Below are positions 27,343 to 38,056 of a stretch of 64,000 bases of DNA, one piece after another. Below the pieces are notes generated by a model. The model had not been told where the DNA came from. It searched no databases and saw only the letters and a list, made by a program, of their open reading frames with translations. Every line of letters begins with the position of its first letter. Position 1 is the first letter of the stretch. The position numbers were made by a program, and so were the translations under genes. Source of the DNA: Candidatus Nomurabacteria bacterium (GTDB taxonomy: Bacteria > Patescibacteriota > Minisyncoccia > Phycocordibacterales > JAACPR01); NCBI GenBank assembly GCA_020632215.1, contig JACKFZ010000004.1, positions 10,708 through 74,707 on the forward strand, in the 5' to 3' direction.

Positions 27343-27630
27343 TTTTAGTTTTATATCTTTTTACATCTTCATCTTGCACCGCCCCAATCTCTTTCCCACA
27401 CACCCTTTTCCCCCGCGCACCCTCTTTCCCCGCGAAAGCGGGGATCTCCTTGCTTCACTTCCATTTTCTAGTATTTTTAGCTGACATAACGACATTGAAC
27501 CTCTAGCTCGGTCACCAGGGGTTAATTAAAGTATTGAGAGTGAGTATAGCAAATTAATTGATAATTTAAAATTAATAGTTAAAAGTTAAAAATTTAAAAA
27601 TGACTGTCTACAGATGTACCAAAATTATTG

Positions 27631-27659
27631 TTGACTAAGTAACACAAGCATTGTAGAAT
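27631..27659 (+). promoter_or_regulatory. Sigma70-type promoter TTGACT-17 nt-TAGAAT (with TG directly upstream of the -10)
   Basis: Read directly. The -10 lies within the conserved 12-mer TGTAGAATTTAG. Confidence 0.55.
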
Positions 27660-27671
27660 TTAGATAGATAA

Positions 27672-27977
27672 GTGACACCACACTTTTGTGAGACCGCAAA
27701 AGTATCAGGGTGTAAAAAACTCAGACCCAACACGCCTATGGCACACATAACCGAAGAGCAAGACTGGTATCTCGACACGCCCGATGTGAGGTTGACCAGA
27801 GTTTTCACGATCGTTCTGATCCTTCACGTCATTGCCATCGGAGCAGTGCTCCTTTGGCAAATGTGCAAGAAGGCAACAGAGGAGGAGCTTCCCAAATCTC
27901 CTCCCGTCGAAGAAATTCAAATCCAAACCCCCGCTCAGCGGGATTTTTTTATTTCTCTTTCACCTTCTCCTCAATAG
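27672..27977 (+). CDS. Hypothetical GC-rich small membrane protein (GTG start; alternative ATG at 27738), or non-coding transcript
   Basis: An ORF with one TM helix sits between the promoter at 27631 and the terminator hairpin at 27930-27955. The terminator lies inside the ORF's 3' end, so coding status is doubtful. Confidence 0.3.
   Translation: MTPHFCETAKVSGCKKLRPNTPMAHITEEQDWYLDTPDVRLTRVFTIVLILHVIAIGAVLLWQMCKKATEEELPKSPPVEEIQIQTPAQRDFFISLSPSPQ
27929..27955 (+). terminator. Intrinsic terminator CCCGC-TCA-GCGGG + ATTTTTTTATTT
   Basis: Read directly. Confidence 0.55.
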
Positions 27978-30003
27978 CTTTTATCTCATCTCGAAGTATT
28001 GCAGCTGTTTCAAAATCTAGTATTTTCACAGCAGCATTCATTTGTTTTTCTTTTTGAGCAATGAGTTTCTTAGGATTCTTTTTCATCATTGCTTCGTCAA
28101 TAGAAAGTAGTTTGGAAACAGTTTTTTGATGCTCTGAAGTAATTGTTTCTGAAATATCGTGTATTGCTTTCTCAATAGTTTTTGGAGTAATGTTATGTTT
28201 TTTGTTGTAATCAAGTTGAAGTTGTCTTCTTCTTGATGTTTCCTTGATAGCTCTGTCCATAGAACCAGTAATTTGATCTGCATACAAAATCACTCTTCCA
28301 TCCACATTTCTAGCAGCACGACCAATGGTCTGTATCAAAGAAGTTTCGCTTCTAAGAAATCCTTCTTTGTCAGCATCCAAGATTCCAATCAAAGTTACTT
28401 CTGGCATATCAAGACCTTCACGAAGAAGATTAACTCCAACGAGTATGTCATATTTCCCTCTTCTAAAGTCAGAAATAATCTCTATTCTCTCTATTGTTTT
28501 AATATCACTATGCACATAAGCAGTTTTGATTCCTTTTTCTTCCAAATAGTCCGTTAGATCCTCCGCCATCTTTTTTGTTAATGTAGTTGCGATCACTCTT
28601 CCTTTTTTCTTTATAGCTTTGTTTGCTTCTTCTATGAAATCAAAGACTTGACCATGATAATTCTTATGAGATCCTGAATCCTTTGCCTCGTTCCTCGGCT
28701 CAGGTTCAGGAAGACGGGTAGTAGCAGTAATTGGTCGAATATCAATCACTGGATCTACTAGTCCTGTTGGTCTAATGATTTGCTCTGCAATATTTGTAGA
28801 TTTTTCTAATTCATATTTACCTGGTGTAGCAGATGTATATATAGTTTGTCCAACTCTTTTTTCAAATTCATCAAATTTCAAAGGCCTATTGTCCAAAGCA
28901 CTTGGAAGTCTAAAGCCGTGCTCGACCAAAGTTTCTTTTCTAGATCTATCTCCAGCATACATTCCACCGATTTGTGGAACAGTGACATGTGATTCGTCTA
29001 TCACCAGTAGAAAATCTTTTGGAAAATATGAAAGCAAAGTATCTGGAGCTTCTCCAACTTTTTTACCAGAAAAGTGTCTGGAATAGTTTTCTATTCCGTT
29101 ACAATATCCAACTTCTCTAATCAAAGCTAAGTCATATTTTGTTCTTCTTTTTAATCGTTCAGCCTCAAGCAACTTTCCTTCTTTCTCTAAAATCTTTAAT
29201 CTATCCTTCAGTTCATCTTCAATAGTTTTTATAGCTACCTTCAACTGGTCTTTATCTGTTATAAAATGCTTTGCTGGAAAGAAATAGAAAAAATCTAGCG
29301 CTTCAATAATATTTCTACTTACAGAATCTATTTTTACAAATTCAGAAATTGTATCTCCGTCAAAAGTTGCTCGAACAATAAATTTTTCTGAAACAGGCAT
29401 CACTTCTACAAAATTACCAATGGCTCTGACTTTTCCTGGTGTCAAATCAGAATTTGTTCTTTCAAAATGTATTTTTATAAGCTCTCTGACAAAATCGCCT
29501 CGCGCAATCTTTTCTCCTTTTTTTATTTTTAAATTTTCTTTCTCATATTCTTTTGGTGAACCCAAACCATAAATACAAGAAACTGACGCCACAATGATGA
29601 CATCTTTTCTGGACAAAATAGCTTGTGTAGAAGCATGTCTCAATCTTTCTATCTCTGCATTGATTTGTGCTTCTTTTTCTATATAGGTGTCAGTGACTGG
29701 CATATAAGCTTCTGGTTGATAATAGTCATAATATGAAACAAAATAATGAACAGCATTGTCTGGAAAAAATTCCCTATACTCTTGAGCAAGTTGAGCTGCC
29801 AAAGTTTTGTTGTGTGCAATTACCAAAGTTGGCCTTTGAACTTTTTCAATAACATTGGCAACAGTAAAAGTTTTTCCAGATCCAGTAACACCTAAAAGAG
29901 TTTGATGTTGCTCACCTTTTTTTAGTCCGTCAACGAGAGATTTGATAGCTTTTGGTTGATCTCCTGCTGGTTTGTAATTACTTTGTAATTTAAATTTGTT
30001 CAT
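27949..30003 (-). CDS. uvrB: Excinuclease ABC subunit B
   Basis: Helicase motif GVTGSGKTF, DESH box and C-terminal UVR domain. The start is taken at MNKFKLQ. Confidence 0.9.
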   Translation of the reverse strand: MNKFKLQSNYKPAGDQPKAIKSLVDGLKKGEQHQTLLGVTGSGKTFTVANVIEKVQRPTLVIAHNKTLAAQLAQEYREFFPDNAVHYFVSYYDYYQPEAYMPVTDTYIEKEAQINAEIERLRHASTQAILSRKDVIIVASVSCIYGLGSPKEYEKENLKIKKGEKIARGDFVRELIKIHFERTNSDLTPGKVRAIGNFVEVMPVSEKFIVRATFDGDTISEFVKIDSVSRNIIEALDFFYFFPAKHFITDKDQLKVAIKTIEDELKDRLKILEKEGKLLEAERLKRRTKYDLALIREVGYCNGIENYSRHFSGKKVGEAPDTLLSYFPKDFLLVIDESHVTVPQIGGMYAGDRSRKETLVEHGFRLPSALDNRPLKFDEFEKRVGQTIYTSATPGKYELEKSTNIAEQIIRPTGLVDPVIDIRPITATTRLPEPEPRNEAKDSGSHKNYHGQVFDFIEEANKAIKKKGRVIATTLTKKMAEDLTDYLEEKGIKTAYVHSDIKTIERIEIISDFRRGKYDILVGVNLLREGLDMPEVTLIGILDADKEGFLRSETSLIQTIGRAARNVDGRVILYADQITGSMDRAIKETSRRRQLQLDYNKKHNITPKTIEKAIHDISETITSEHQKTVSKLLSIDEAMMKKNPKKLIAQKEKQMNAAVKILDFETAAILRDEIKAIEEKVKEK

Positions 30004-30135
30004 AGTTTTACTCGATCCTGAATCAACCTGCCTGTCCGACAGGCAGAGTTCAGGAAAACGTATCTGATTGACTTTCAATAGTATTGGGATATTATCACAA
30101 ATGGAACCATTATGATAAATTCTTCCTCTTAAAGA

Positions 30136-30435
30136 ATGAACACGGTCATCAATATTAAATTACACAACAGAGCATTTCGCTCTTCCATACTTGCAACTTG
30201 GAGGGAGTATGCTCAAAAGCGTGCTTCAAAGAAAACCAGAGCAAAAAGCTTTTTGAATTTTCTCCGGTACAAGAAAAGACTTTCCACCAAAATTCTAAAG
30301 GACGGTGCCAGAATTTTCTCTGAAGGAAATCTCCGTAAAATTGCTGAGGCCAACAATTTACCCGTTGACATCCTTAGGACTTATCTGCGCCTGAAAAAAC
30401 ACATTTGGATTATCGTTGCCCTTGCAAAACAATGA
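30136..30435 (+). CDS. Hypothetical basic protein (99 aa, K/R-rich)
   Basis: ORF followed by a plus-strand terminator at 30463-30505. Confidence 0.4.
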   Translation: MNTVINIKLHNRAFRSSILATWREYAQKRASKKTRAKSFLNFLRYKKRLSTKILKDGARIFSEGNLRKIAEANNLPVDILRTYLRLKKHIWIIVALAKQ

Positions 30436-30462
30436 TACATCCCCCACCAATTCACCACCTCG

Positions 30463-30505
30463 CCCGCCGTGTCGTCTAGAACCTCGGCGGGTTAACCTTT
30501 TATCT
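30463..30505 (+). terminator. Intrinsic terminator CCCGCCG-(15 nt)-CGGCGGG + TTAACCTTTTAT
   Basis: Read directly. Confidence 0.5.
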
Positions 30506-30773
30506 ACAAAAAAGACATTAATTCTTCTTCCAATATATTTATTTGTTCAGCACTGAGGTTATGCTTACTTTTATTAGTTCTAAACCACTTCATTCTTTCA
30601 CGAACCTCATTCATATCTATTCCAGTATTCCCATTACCTTCAAACATATCTCCTTGGAAAACCTGTTCAATGTCTCTGATTTTTGCATCAGAAAAACCTT
30701 TATTCCTTAAAGATGTTTTTAACCTATTAAATTCATTAGGATTTATATTTGCTGAAGCTCCGAATATGTCCAT
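30504..30773 (-). CDS. Hypothetical protein (89 aa)
   Basis: ORF track entry. AAATAGT-type repeats lie immediately upstream of its start. Confidence 0.4.
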   Translation of the reverse strand: MDIFGASANINPNEFNRLKTSLRNKGFSDAKIRDIEQVFQGDMFEGNGNTGIDMNEVRERMKWFRTNKSKHNLSAEQINILEEELMSFL

Positions 30774-30809
30774 GATATTAGTAAATAGTTAATAGTAAAT
30801 AGAAAATTA

Positions 30810-32063
30810 TTAATTTGCTTTGTATCTTGTTAAAAATTCATTTTTAAAATTTTCAAAACTATCATTTATTATACTCTCTCTAATATTATCTACTAGTCTG
30901 ACAATAAATCTGACATTGTGTATTGTTGCCAAAGTATTGGCTAAGATTTCTCCTGCTTTGAATAAATGTTGAATATATGCCTTTGTGTAATTCTGACATG
31001 CGTAACAATCACAATCATTTTCAATAGGTGAAAAATCTTCCTTAAATTTTGCATTGATAATATTTATCTTTCCTTCTTTTGTATAAAGAGAACCATTTCG
31101 TGCAATTCTAGTTGGAGCTACACAATCAAAAAGATCACACCCTCTTTCAATAGCCATAAATAAGTCCTCTGGTTCACCAATACCCAAAAGATGTCTTGGT
31201 TTTTCTTCTGGTAAAACACTATTTACCCATTCAACAGCACTGGACATATCTTCTTTTTCAAAAGATCCTCCGATACCAAAACCATCAAAGCCTGAGCCGG
31301 GCCCTGATCCGGCTCCCATCTCGCCCAAGACTTTGGCACTTTCTTTTCTCAGTTTTTCATTTCGTCCTCCTTGGACAATTCCAAACAAAGCTTGTCTCTC
31401 GCTATTTTCTTTTGATTGATGATAATCCAAAGATTCTTTTGCCCATCTATGTGTTCTATCCAGTGCGCGACCTTGATAATGATCACTTTCTTGAGGCGAA
31501 GTGCATTCATCAAACGCAAAAATAATATCGGCGCCCAAGTTGTGTTGAATTTCTATAGATTTTTGTGGAGTAAAATAATGAGCACTTCCATCTATGTGAG
31601 ATCTAAACATTACTCCATTTTCATCAATTTTTGCTGGTTTAAAATTTTCTGAAATATTTCTTCCTTTCAAGTCTTCTTGTTCGAAAGTAGCTGGTAATTG
31701 TACTTCATCTCGTTTTGCTATTTTTGAAACATTGCTTCCAAAAGCTGCTCCAAGTGAGAAAACTTGAAATCCACCAGAGTCAGTCATTAATGGTTTTTGC
31801 CAATTCATGAATTTATGCAGTCCGCCTGCTTTTGCAACAAGTTCATCTCCTGGTTGCAAATACAAATGATAAGTGTTTGCTAAGGTGACCTGTGCTCCGA
31901 TAGATTCTAGTTGATCTGGAGTTAGAGATTTCAAAGTAGCTTTGGTAGAAACAGGTACAAAAGCGGGTGTTTTTATAACACCATGTTTTGTTGTTAAAAC
32001 TCCAGCACGGCCCATTTTGCCAGGAATTTCTTTTTCAATTTTAAAATTTAAAGGTTTTCTCAT
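30810..32063 (-). CDS. tgt: Queuine tRNA-ribosyltransferase
   Basis: DSGGFQ motif, Zn site CDCYAC...H. 417 aa, with a Gly/Ser-rich insertion. Confidence 0.9.
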   Translation of the reverse strand: MRKPLNFKIEKEIPGKMGRAGVLTTKHGVIKTPAFVPVSTKATLKSLTPDQLESIGAQVTLANTYHLYLQPGDELVAKAGGLHKFMNWQKPLMTDSGGFQVFSLGAAFGSNVSKIAKRDEVQLPATFEQEDLKGRNISENFKPAKIDENGVMFRSHIDGSAHYFTPQKSIEIQHNLGADIIFAFDECTSPQESDHYQGRALDRTHRWAKESLDYHQSKENSERQALFGIVQGGRNEKLRKESAKVLGEMGAGSGPGSGFDGFGIGGSFEKEDMSSAVEWVNSVLPEEKPRHLLGIGEPEDLFMAIERGCDLFDCVAPTRIARNGSLYTKEGKINIINAKFKEDFSPIENDCDCYACQNYTKAYIQHLFKAGEILANTLATIHNVRFIVRLVDNIRESIINDSFENFKNEFLTRYKAN

Positions 32064-32198
32064 GCCCTAGGATAGTTTTGGCATAATGACACACTTTTTG
32101 ATTTTTGAAAAGGAGCTCCCCTTTCCCCATATAATTGATTATAATAATTCCAACTAAAGAAAAATTAAAAATATATTAAAATTATTTAAAAAAAAGAA

Positions 32199-32909
32199 AT
32201 GTCTGACCCTAAGAAACACCACAAACCATACAAACATATCAATGTAGAACCAATGACTTTTGTAAATCTAAACAAAGACACACAGGAACGAGTAGATAGA
32301 ATCGCTGAAGAATTCAAAAATGGTTTTACTATGATTGGTACAGCAGAAAAATCTGTCACTTTTTGGGGATCAGCTCGAACGATGCCTCACGAAAAAGATT
32401 ATAAAAAAGCTTATAGCCTAGCCCAAAGAATTGTAAAGGAACTTGGTTATTCTATTGTCACTGGTGGTGGTCCAGGAATAATGGCCGCCGCAAACTGTGG
32501 TTCTTATGATGCTGGGGGAAAATCAGTTGGTTTAACAATAAAATTACCAATGGAACAAAAAACTAATCTTTGTGTCACTCATCATATGGATTTTAAATAT
32601 TTCTTTGCTAGAAAAGTTTGCTTAGCTTTTGCTGCCGAAGCTTATGTTTACTTCCCTGGTGGCTTTGGAACAATGGATGAACTCTTTGAAATACTAACTT
32701 TGGTTCAAACAAATAAAATGGAAAAGGTGCCGATCATTCTTGTTGGTAAAAAATACTGGAAAGGTTTAGAAAAATTTATTCATAAGAAGTTGTTGCGAGG
32801 TGAAAAAATAGATAAAGGTGATGATCAAATTTACACCATTACAGATAATGAAGATGAGATTATTGAAATCATTAGGAATGCTCCGCTTCGGAGCAAAGAC
32901 AGTGTTTAG
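32199..32909 (+). CDS. LOG-family (TIGR00730) cytokinin-riboside-5'-monophosphate phosphoribohydrolase-like protein
   Basis: GGGPGIMAAAN and PGGFGTMDELFE motifs. Confidence 0.8.
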   Translation: MSDPKKHHKPYKHINVEPMTFVNLNKDTQERVDRIAEEFKNGFTMIGTAEKSVTFWGSARTMPHEKDYKKAYSLAQRIVKELGYSIVTGGGPGIMAAANCGSYDAGGKSVGLTIKLPMEQKTNLCVTHHMDFKYFFARKVCLAFAAEAYVYFPGGFGTMDELFEILTLVQTNKMEKVPIILVGKKYWKGLEKFIHKKLLRGEKIDKGDDQIYTITDNEDEIIEIIRNAPLRSKDSV

Positions 32910-33754
32910 TTCTTAGATTGATGGACTACCACTTGTGGAAATGGAATTTCAATTCCTTCCATATCACAAGCCTCTTTTAATCTTTTTCTTAATTCCCCTG
33001 TGATACTCCATTGTTCTCCTGGCTCGACTTGGCCAACAATTTTGACAACAACTGCTGAGTCAGCTAGATCTTCAACTCTCAAAAACTTAGGTGCTTCTTC
33101 AATAAGATCTTTAAATTCATTATCTTCCGCTAATTCTTTTCCAATTTTATTTATTAATTCTTTTAACTTATTCAAGTCGGTATCATAACCAACACCAAGA
33201 TTTAAATTGATCTTGGAAATTCCTTTTGTCATATTTGAAACAGAGGTAATTTCTCCATGAGGAATGTGATGAACTACACCATCTAAATCACGTAAAACTG
33301 TCACTCGTAAACTAATGTCTTCAACTTTTCCAGAATGACCAGCAATAGTCACTGTGTCTCCAATGCGATATTGATTTTCTAATATAATAAATAGACCACT
33401 GATTAAATCTTTTATTAAATACTGTCCTCCGAAACCAATAGCAATACCAATAACACCCGCACCTGCTATTAAAGGTCCGATATCGACTCCAGCCTCTGAC
33501 ACAATTGTCAAGCCACCAAAAATCCAAAGCGCACCTTTAGCAATTCCATTTATGATACGAATTAAAGTATCTTCTCTTTTTTTCTCTGCTGTTGGAGATA
33601 ATCCTGGTTTACCCTTTACTGCTTTTCTAATTCCTTTTTCAATAAAGTGTTCAGAGACTTTGGATATTACCAATATAATAATTAAAACAACTAATATTTT
33701 AATTCCATGATTTAATAGCCATGTCTGGAAAGTATCAAGATAAAATTTTTGCAT
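32906..33754 (-). CDS. mscS: Mechanosensitive ion channel, MscS family
   Basis: Three TM helices followed by the MscS beta-domain. 282 aa. Confidence 0.75.
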   Translation of the reverse strand: MQKFYLDTFQTWLLNHGIKILVVLIIILVISKVSEHFIEKGIRKAVKGKPGLSPTAEKKREDTLIRIINGIAKGALWIFGGLTIVSEAGVDIGPLIAGAGVIGIAIGFGGQYLIKDLISGLFIILENQYRIGDTVTIAGHSGKVEDISLRVTVLRDLDGVVHHIPHGEITSVSNMTKGISKINLNLGVGYDTDLNKLKELINKIGKELAEDNEFKDLIEEAPKFLRVEDLADSAVVVKIVGQVEPGEQWSITGELRKRLKEACDMEGIEIPFPQVVVHQSKN

Positions 33755-33833
33755 AAAACTAACTTTTGAAGATTAATATTTCCTCAGTATAAAAAATAGA
33801 GAAAGGAACTGCAACTACACAATATTATTAAAC

Positions 33834-34346
33834 TTATCTTGTATTTCTTAGAGCCTGATCAAGTTTTTCTCTAACATGATTTGGATCTTTAATGTATTTG
33901 AAAATAAACTCTCTTTCCTTACCAGCAGTTTGAATAGATAGATCACCAAACTTCAATAAAGTTGCGAAGATACCGTCAACATTTGATTTCACATCTTGTA
34001 CTTTTGACAAAGATAAATATGAGATCTCGCGTTTAAACAAAGCCTTTTGATCAATATCAATAATTCTCTTGTTAGTAATAATCAGAACGTCTAGATAATA
34101 GTCTGTCCAAAAAAGCATCAGAGAGATCCATAAACCCAAAAGCCAAAGGGTGTAGAAAAAAAGAATAGCTGAACCTAGATGTCCTTCTGATGTTAATAAA
34201 ATAATATTAGTTTTAAAAATTAAATAATGAAGAAGCGGAGGAATCAAGAGAAAAGCTAAAATAATGATACCTTGAGAGATGAGCAAAAACCAATGTCTTC
34301 TAGCTTCGTAAATGACATATTCATCTTTTTCAAATAAAACACTCAT
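33834..34346 (-). CDS. Membrane-flanked PH-domain (bPH_2/YdbS-like) protein
   Basis: Two TM helices followed by a PH-like domain (KRIIDIDQKALFKREISYLSLSKVQDVKSN). Confidence 0.5.
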   Translation of the reverse strand: MSVLFEKDEYVIYEARRHWFLLISQGIIILAFLLIPPLLHYLIFKTNIILLTSEGHLGSAILFFYTLWLLGLWISLMLFWTDYYLDVLIITNKRIIDIDQKALFKREISYLSLSKVQDVKSNVDGIFATLLKFGDLSIQTAGKEREFIFKYIKDPNHVREKLDQALRNTR

Positions 34347-34573
34347 GATAATACTTTGAAAGTTACTAGAAGTAATATGGCTAAGACAATTAAAATAATA
34401 GAAATAATAAAATACAAACTTTTAACAAAAACTCTATCATTATTTTTTATTCCGTAGTAATTCCAATGGTGTATAAGAACAAAAGAAAAAATAATAAACA
34501 ATAAAATAACGACGGAGAAAACCGTTGCTAAATGAGAGAATTTCAAATTCAAGTGTAATAAATAGTTACTCAC
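34343..34573 (-). CDS. Small membrane protein (76 aa)
   Basis: Two TM helices. Start overlaps the downstream gene. Confidence 0.35.
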   Translation of the reverse strand: MSNYLLHLNLKFSHLATVFSVVILLFIIFSFVLIHHWNYYGIKNNDRVFVKSLYFIISIILIVLAILLLVTFKVLS

Positions 34574-34610
34574 TTCCTAAATTGTATCAAAAAAAATAAA
34601 TAAAGTGCGC

Positions 34611-35213
34611 TCACGGCGCACGGTTCGGGTTTGTGGTTGTAGCGATCGGTTCAACCTTCCGAATCGCTGGTGTCTCAATAGGTTGACATTTTCGATATCC
34701 TATTCCTATTGGAAAGACATTTATTATGTCACCTTCTTGCGACTGGTAAAATTCCTTCGGGATGAAAAGCTTTACCGAAATGATGTTAGGGGGAGTTACC
34801 ACATAACGGTAAGGAGACCGTAGTATGTCAATAGTGACGATTTTTGTCACTGCCCTTTCTTCTGGAAAAAGTTTCCACCCATCAAGGATAAGTTTTCGTA
34901 TTTTGGACTTTGATTCATTGGAGGTATCGTATGAGACCACACGAGTAAATTGGATGACCATTAGACTAAGGTCAATTCCTTGGACTTTTTCCAAGTCAAA
35001 TTTAACCCACAATTCGAACATGTAGCCATCCAAATTTATTTCCAAAAGGTCGTATCCCGATTGAAAGATTGTACCTTCAACAGGATCATTGAAAGGTATT
35101 GTATTTTTAGGATCAAAGACCTCTTTCCAGCTCGGATTCGTTGTCTGAGCAAAAAGATTTTCGACAAAATATGTCGTAACAAAAAACAGCAACATAAAGA
35201 ACGTGGTTTTCAT
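34611..35213 (-). CDS. Secreted hypothetical protein (200 aa, signal peptide)
   Basis: Signal-peptide-like N-terminus. A hairpin GTGCGC-TCACG-GCGCAC overlaps the stop and is followed by a T-tract on the minus strand. Confidence 0.5.
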   Translation of the reverse strand: MKTTFFMLLFFVTTYFVENLFAQTTNPSWKEVFDPKNTIPFNDPVEGTIFQSGYDLLEINLDGYMFELWVKFDLEKVQGIDLSLMVIQFTRVVSYDTSNESKSKIRKLILDGWKLFPEERAVTKIVTIDILRSPYRYVVTPPNIISVKLFIPKEFYQSQEGDIINVFPIGIGYRKCQPIETPAIRKVEPIATTTNPNRAP

Positions 35214-35330
35214 GATTATTAGTAAGCCCTTTGTTTATTTAGGCTTTCCTTTCCTAATTCGAATATACAACTTTATCGAAAAAACACAAATACCTTTCGT
35301 ATTTTTATTAAATAAATTAAAATAGACTAC

Positions 35331-36563
35331 ATGAGTAAAGTGTCAACAGAAAACTATAAAGGAGTTAGGGATTTTTACCCTGAAGATCAATCAGTACAAA
35401 ACTACATCTTTTTTATATGGAAAGAAACCATGGAAAGTTTTGGTTATGAACAATATGATGCTTCTATATTAGAATATTCAGATTTATACAAGGCAAAATC
35501 TGGTCAAGAAATAGTGACAGAACAAACATACAATTTCGTAGATCGTGGAGAAAGAGATGTCACATTACGTCCAGAAATGACACCGACTATTGCCCGAATG
35601 ATTGCCAGAAAAAAAAGAGATTTGGTTTTTCCTCTTCGTTGGTACTCTATTCCAAATCTTTTTAGATACGAAAGACCGCAAAAAGGTCGACTGCGAGAAC
35701 ATTGGCAGTTAAATGGAGATATTTTTAGCATTAATAATATTTTTGCTGAATTAGAAGTTATAGAAATTGCCTCAACTATTCTACGTAACTTTGGTCTAAA
35801 TGATATTCAATTCGAAATCAGAATAAATGATAGAAAAATCTTGAATAAAAAATTTGAGGAACTTGGTCTAAATGAAATTCAAAGTAGTGAACTTAGTAGA
35901 TTAATAGATAAAAAAGACAAAATAGACGATTTTGATGAACAAGTTGAAAAATTACTTGGTAAAAAAATTAGGCTAGACTTTGAACCAAATGAAGAGATCA
36001 CAGCTATTATTGATAAATTAAAAAGAAGAGGAATTTCTAACGTTGTCTTTTCGCCTACCATTACCAGAGGTATGGATTACTACACCGGCTTTGTATTTGA
36101 AGTTTATGACACTAATCCTGAAAATAATCGAGCGTTGATGGGTGGAGGTAGATATGATGATCTTTTAAATATTTTTAACGAAGAAAAATTACCAGCTGTT
36201 GGTTTTGGTATGGGTGACGTAATGCTTCGAGAAACTCTGGAAACTTACGGTTTAATCCCGAAACATTACAACCAGACAGATTTGGCTTTTTGCCCTCTGA
36301 ATGAAGCCTTCTTTGATATTGTTTCTGAATGGGCTACCGAACTTCGAGAAGCAGGTCTGAATGTCACCATAGACTACAGTGGTAAAAAAATAAAAGATCA
36401 GATTAGTAAAGCTGATAAAAGAGGTATCCAGTTTATTTCTTGTATTGGGGATGAAGAAATTTCTTCTAAAAAATTAATAATAAAAAACTTACAGACAAGT
36501 AAAGAAACAAAATTACCATTATCAAAAGTTGCTCAATTTGTAAAAAATAATAGATCAGTTTAA
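35331..36563 (+). CDS. hisS: Histidine--tRNA ligase
   Basis: Class II motif 2 FRYERPQKGRLREHWQ, motif 3 and anticodon-binding domain. 410 aa. Confidence 0.9.
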   Translation: MSKVSTENYKGVRDFYPEDQSVQNYIFFIWKETMESFGYEQYDASILEYSDLYKAKSGQEIVTEQTYNFVDRGERDVTLRPEMTPTIARMIARKKRDLVFPLRWYSIPNLFRYERPQKGRLREHWQLNGDIFSINNIFAELEVIEIASTILRNFGLNDIQFEIRINDRKILNKKFEELGLNEIQSSELSRLIDKKDKIDDFDEQVEKLLGKKIRLDFEPNEEITAIIDKLKRRGISNVVFSPTITRGMDYYTGFVFEVYDTNPENNRALMGGGRYDDLLNIFNEEKLPAVGFGMGDVMLRETLETYGLIPKHYNQTDLAFCPLNEAFFDIVSEWATELREAGLNVTIDYSGKKIKDQISKADKRGIQFISCIGDEEISSKKLIIKNLQTSKETKLPLSKVAQFVKNNRSV

Positions 36564-36575
36564 AATACCGTTTCT

Positions 36576-37148
36576 GTGAGAAAAATTACCTTTGACATAG
36601 AAACTTCAAATATCTTTAGTGAAGTTGGGTCTGCTGATCCAACCTTGTTAGATTTGTCAGTGGTCTGTATTCATGATTCAGAAACAGATTTATATAGTCA
36701 TTTTTTTCAAGAAGATTTAAATAAACTGTGGCCAATAATAGAAAAAGCCGACATGCTTATTGGTTATAACTCAAACAATTTTGATATTCCACTTTTAAAT
36801 AAATATTACGCTGGAGATTTGAAACATATAAAAAGTTTAGACTTGTTGGAAGAAATTAGAAAATCACTAGGAAGAAGAATTAAACTTGATGATATTGCAA
36901 AAGGAACTCTTGGAGAACAAAAGTCTGCTGATGGTCTACAAGCGCTAGTCTGGTGGAAAAATGGGGAAAAACAAAAGGTGGTGGATTACTGTATTCAAGA
37001 TGTCAAAGTAACAAAAAAGATTTACGACTACGCTTTAGAAAATGGCTACGTAAGATATCCTAAAAACGGTAAGGTGGCAGAAATAAAGCTTGATACTAGT
37101 AAGTGGGAAGAAAAAGAAGGAGGTTTGGCTCCGACTTTGGGGTTTTAA
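36576..37148 (+). CDS. DEDD-family 3'-5' exonuclease (DnaQ/RNase-T-like)
   Basis: FDIET, YNSNNFDIPLL and YCIQDV motifs. GTG start. Confidence 0.6.
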   Translation: MRKITFDIETSNIFSEVGSADPTLLDLSVVCIHDSETDLYSHFFQEDLNKLWPIIEKADMLIGYNSNNFDIPLLNKYYAGDLKHIKSLDLLEEIRKSLGRRIKLDDIAKGTLGEQKSADGLQALVWWKNGEKQKVVDYCIQDVKVTKKIYDYALENGYVRYPKNGKVAEIKLDTSKWEEKEGGLAPTLGF

Positions 37149-37954
37149 ATAAATAACAAGATCAAAACCGCTACAATCACCCTATACCAAACAAAAACTT
37201 TCAAGGAATGATTCTTCAAAAATTTTATTAAAAAGTGTATCGCTAGCAATCCTACAATAAAGGCAGCTACAGATCCAAACAAAAGATCTATGCCAATTGT
37301 ATCTATTAAATTATATTGAAATAAATCTAATAATTTTTTCAAACCAGACCCAACTAAAATTGGAAAAGCCAAAAGAAAAGAAAAGCGAGTTGCTTCTTCC
37401 CTACTAAAACCACTAAAAAGTCCTCCGGAAATAGTCATACCAGATCTAGACATGCCAGGCACCAATGCTAATGCCTGAAACAAACCTATGATAAAACCTT
37501 TAACAGCGTTCACATCGGCAATTTTTAGGTTGTTAGGCTTTTTCTTTTCAGCAAAAAGCATAATGAGTGATCCAATAATGAGAGAAAGTGCAACTAGATT
37601 AGAATTTCTAAAAACAGAATCCATTAAATCTTCTAACATTAGACCCAAGATAATGGCTGGTACAGTTCCCCATATCAAGGCTTTGATTAAATTTTTATCT
37701 GAAGCAGAAACATCTTTTTGAAAAACCCATAAGAAAAAGTTTTTGATATATTTCAAAATATCTTTTCTAAAATAAATAAAAACGGCTAATGTTGTTGCTA
37801 ATTGTAAAACTGCATCAAAAGCTAAGCCATAATCAACTTGTAATCCAAAAATATCCCTGAATATTATTAGGTGCCCAGAGGAAGAAACTGGCAAAAACTC
37901 AGTAAGTCCTTGAACTACACCTAAAATAACTGAGTGAAAAATATCCATAGACAC
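37145..37954 (-). CDS. uppP: Undecaprenyl-diphosphatase
   Basis: N-terminal GVVQGLTEFLPVSSSGHL (BacA signature). 269 aa polytopic. Confidence 0.85.
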   Translation of the reverse strand: MSMDIFHSVILGVVQGLTEFLPVSSSGHLIIFRDIFGLQVDYGLAFDAVLQLATTLAVFIYFRKDILKYIKNFFLWVFQKDVSASDKNLIKALIWGTVPAIILGLMLEDLMDSVFRNSNLVALSLIIGSLIMLFAEKKKPNNLKIADVNAVKGFIIGLFQALALVPGMSRSGMTISGGLFSGFSREEATRFSFLLAFPILVGSGLKKLLDLFQYNLIDTIGIDLLFGSVAAFIVGLLAIHFLIKFLKNHSLKVFVWYRVIVAVLILLFI

Positions 37955-38056
37955 TAGTTTATGCTGAAAATGTAAGAAAATAAAGACTTTTTTTCATTGA
38001 TTTGAAAATGATCTTTTTTCCTACTATACTAGTGACATATTATTAACTTTCCAAAT

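Noticed and set aside
27343-27460. SOS (LexA) box upstream of uvrA
   Set aside because: I looked for CTGT-N8-ACAG or CGAACRNRYGTTCG in the uvrA and uvrB leaders and did not find a convincing match. Only a CCCCGC-GAAA-GCGGGG hairpin is present.
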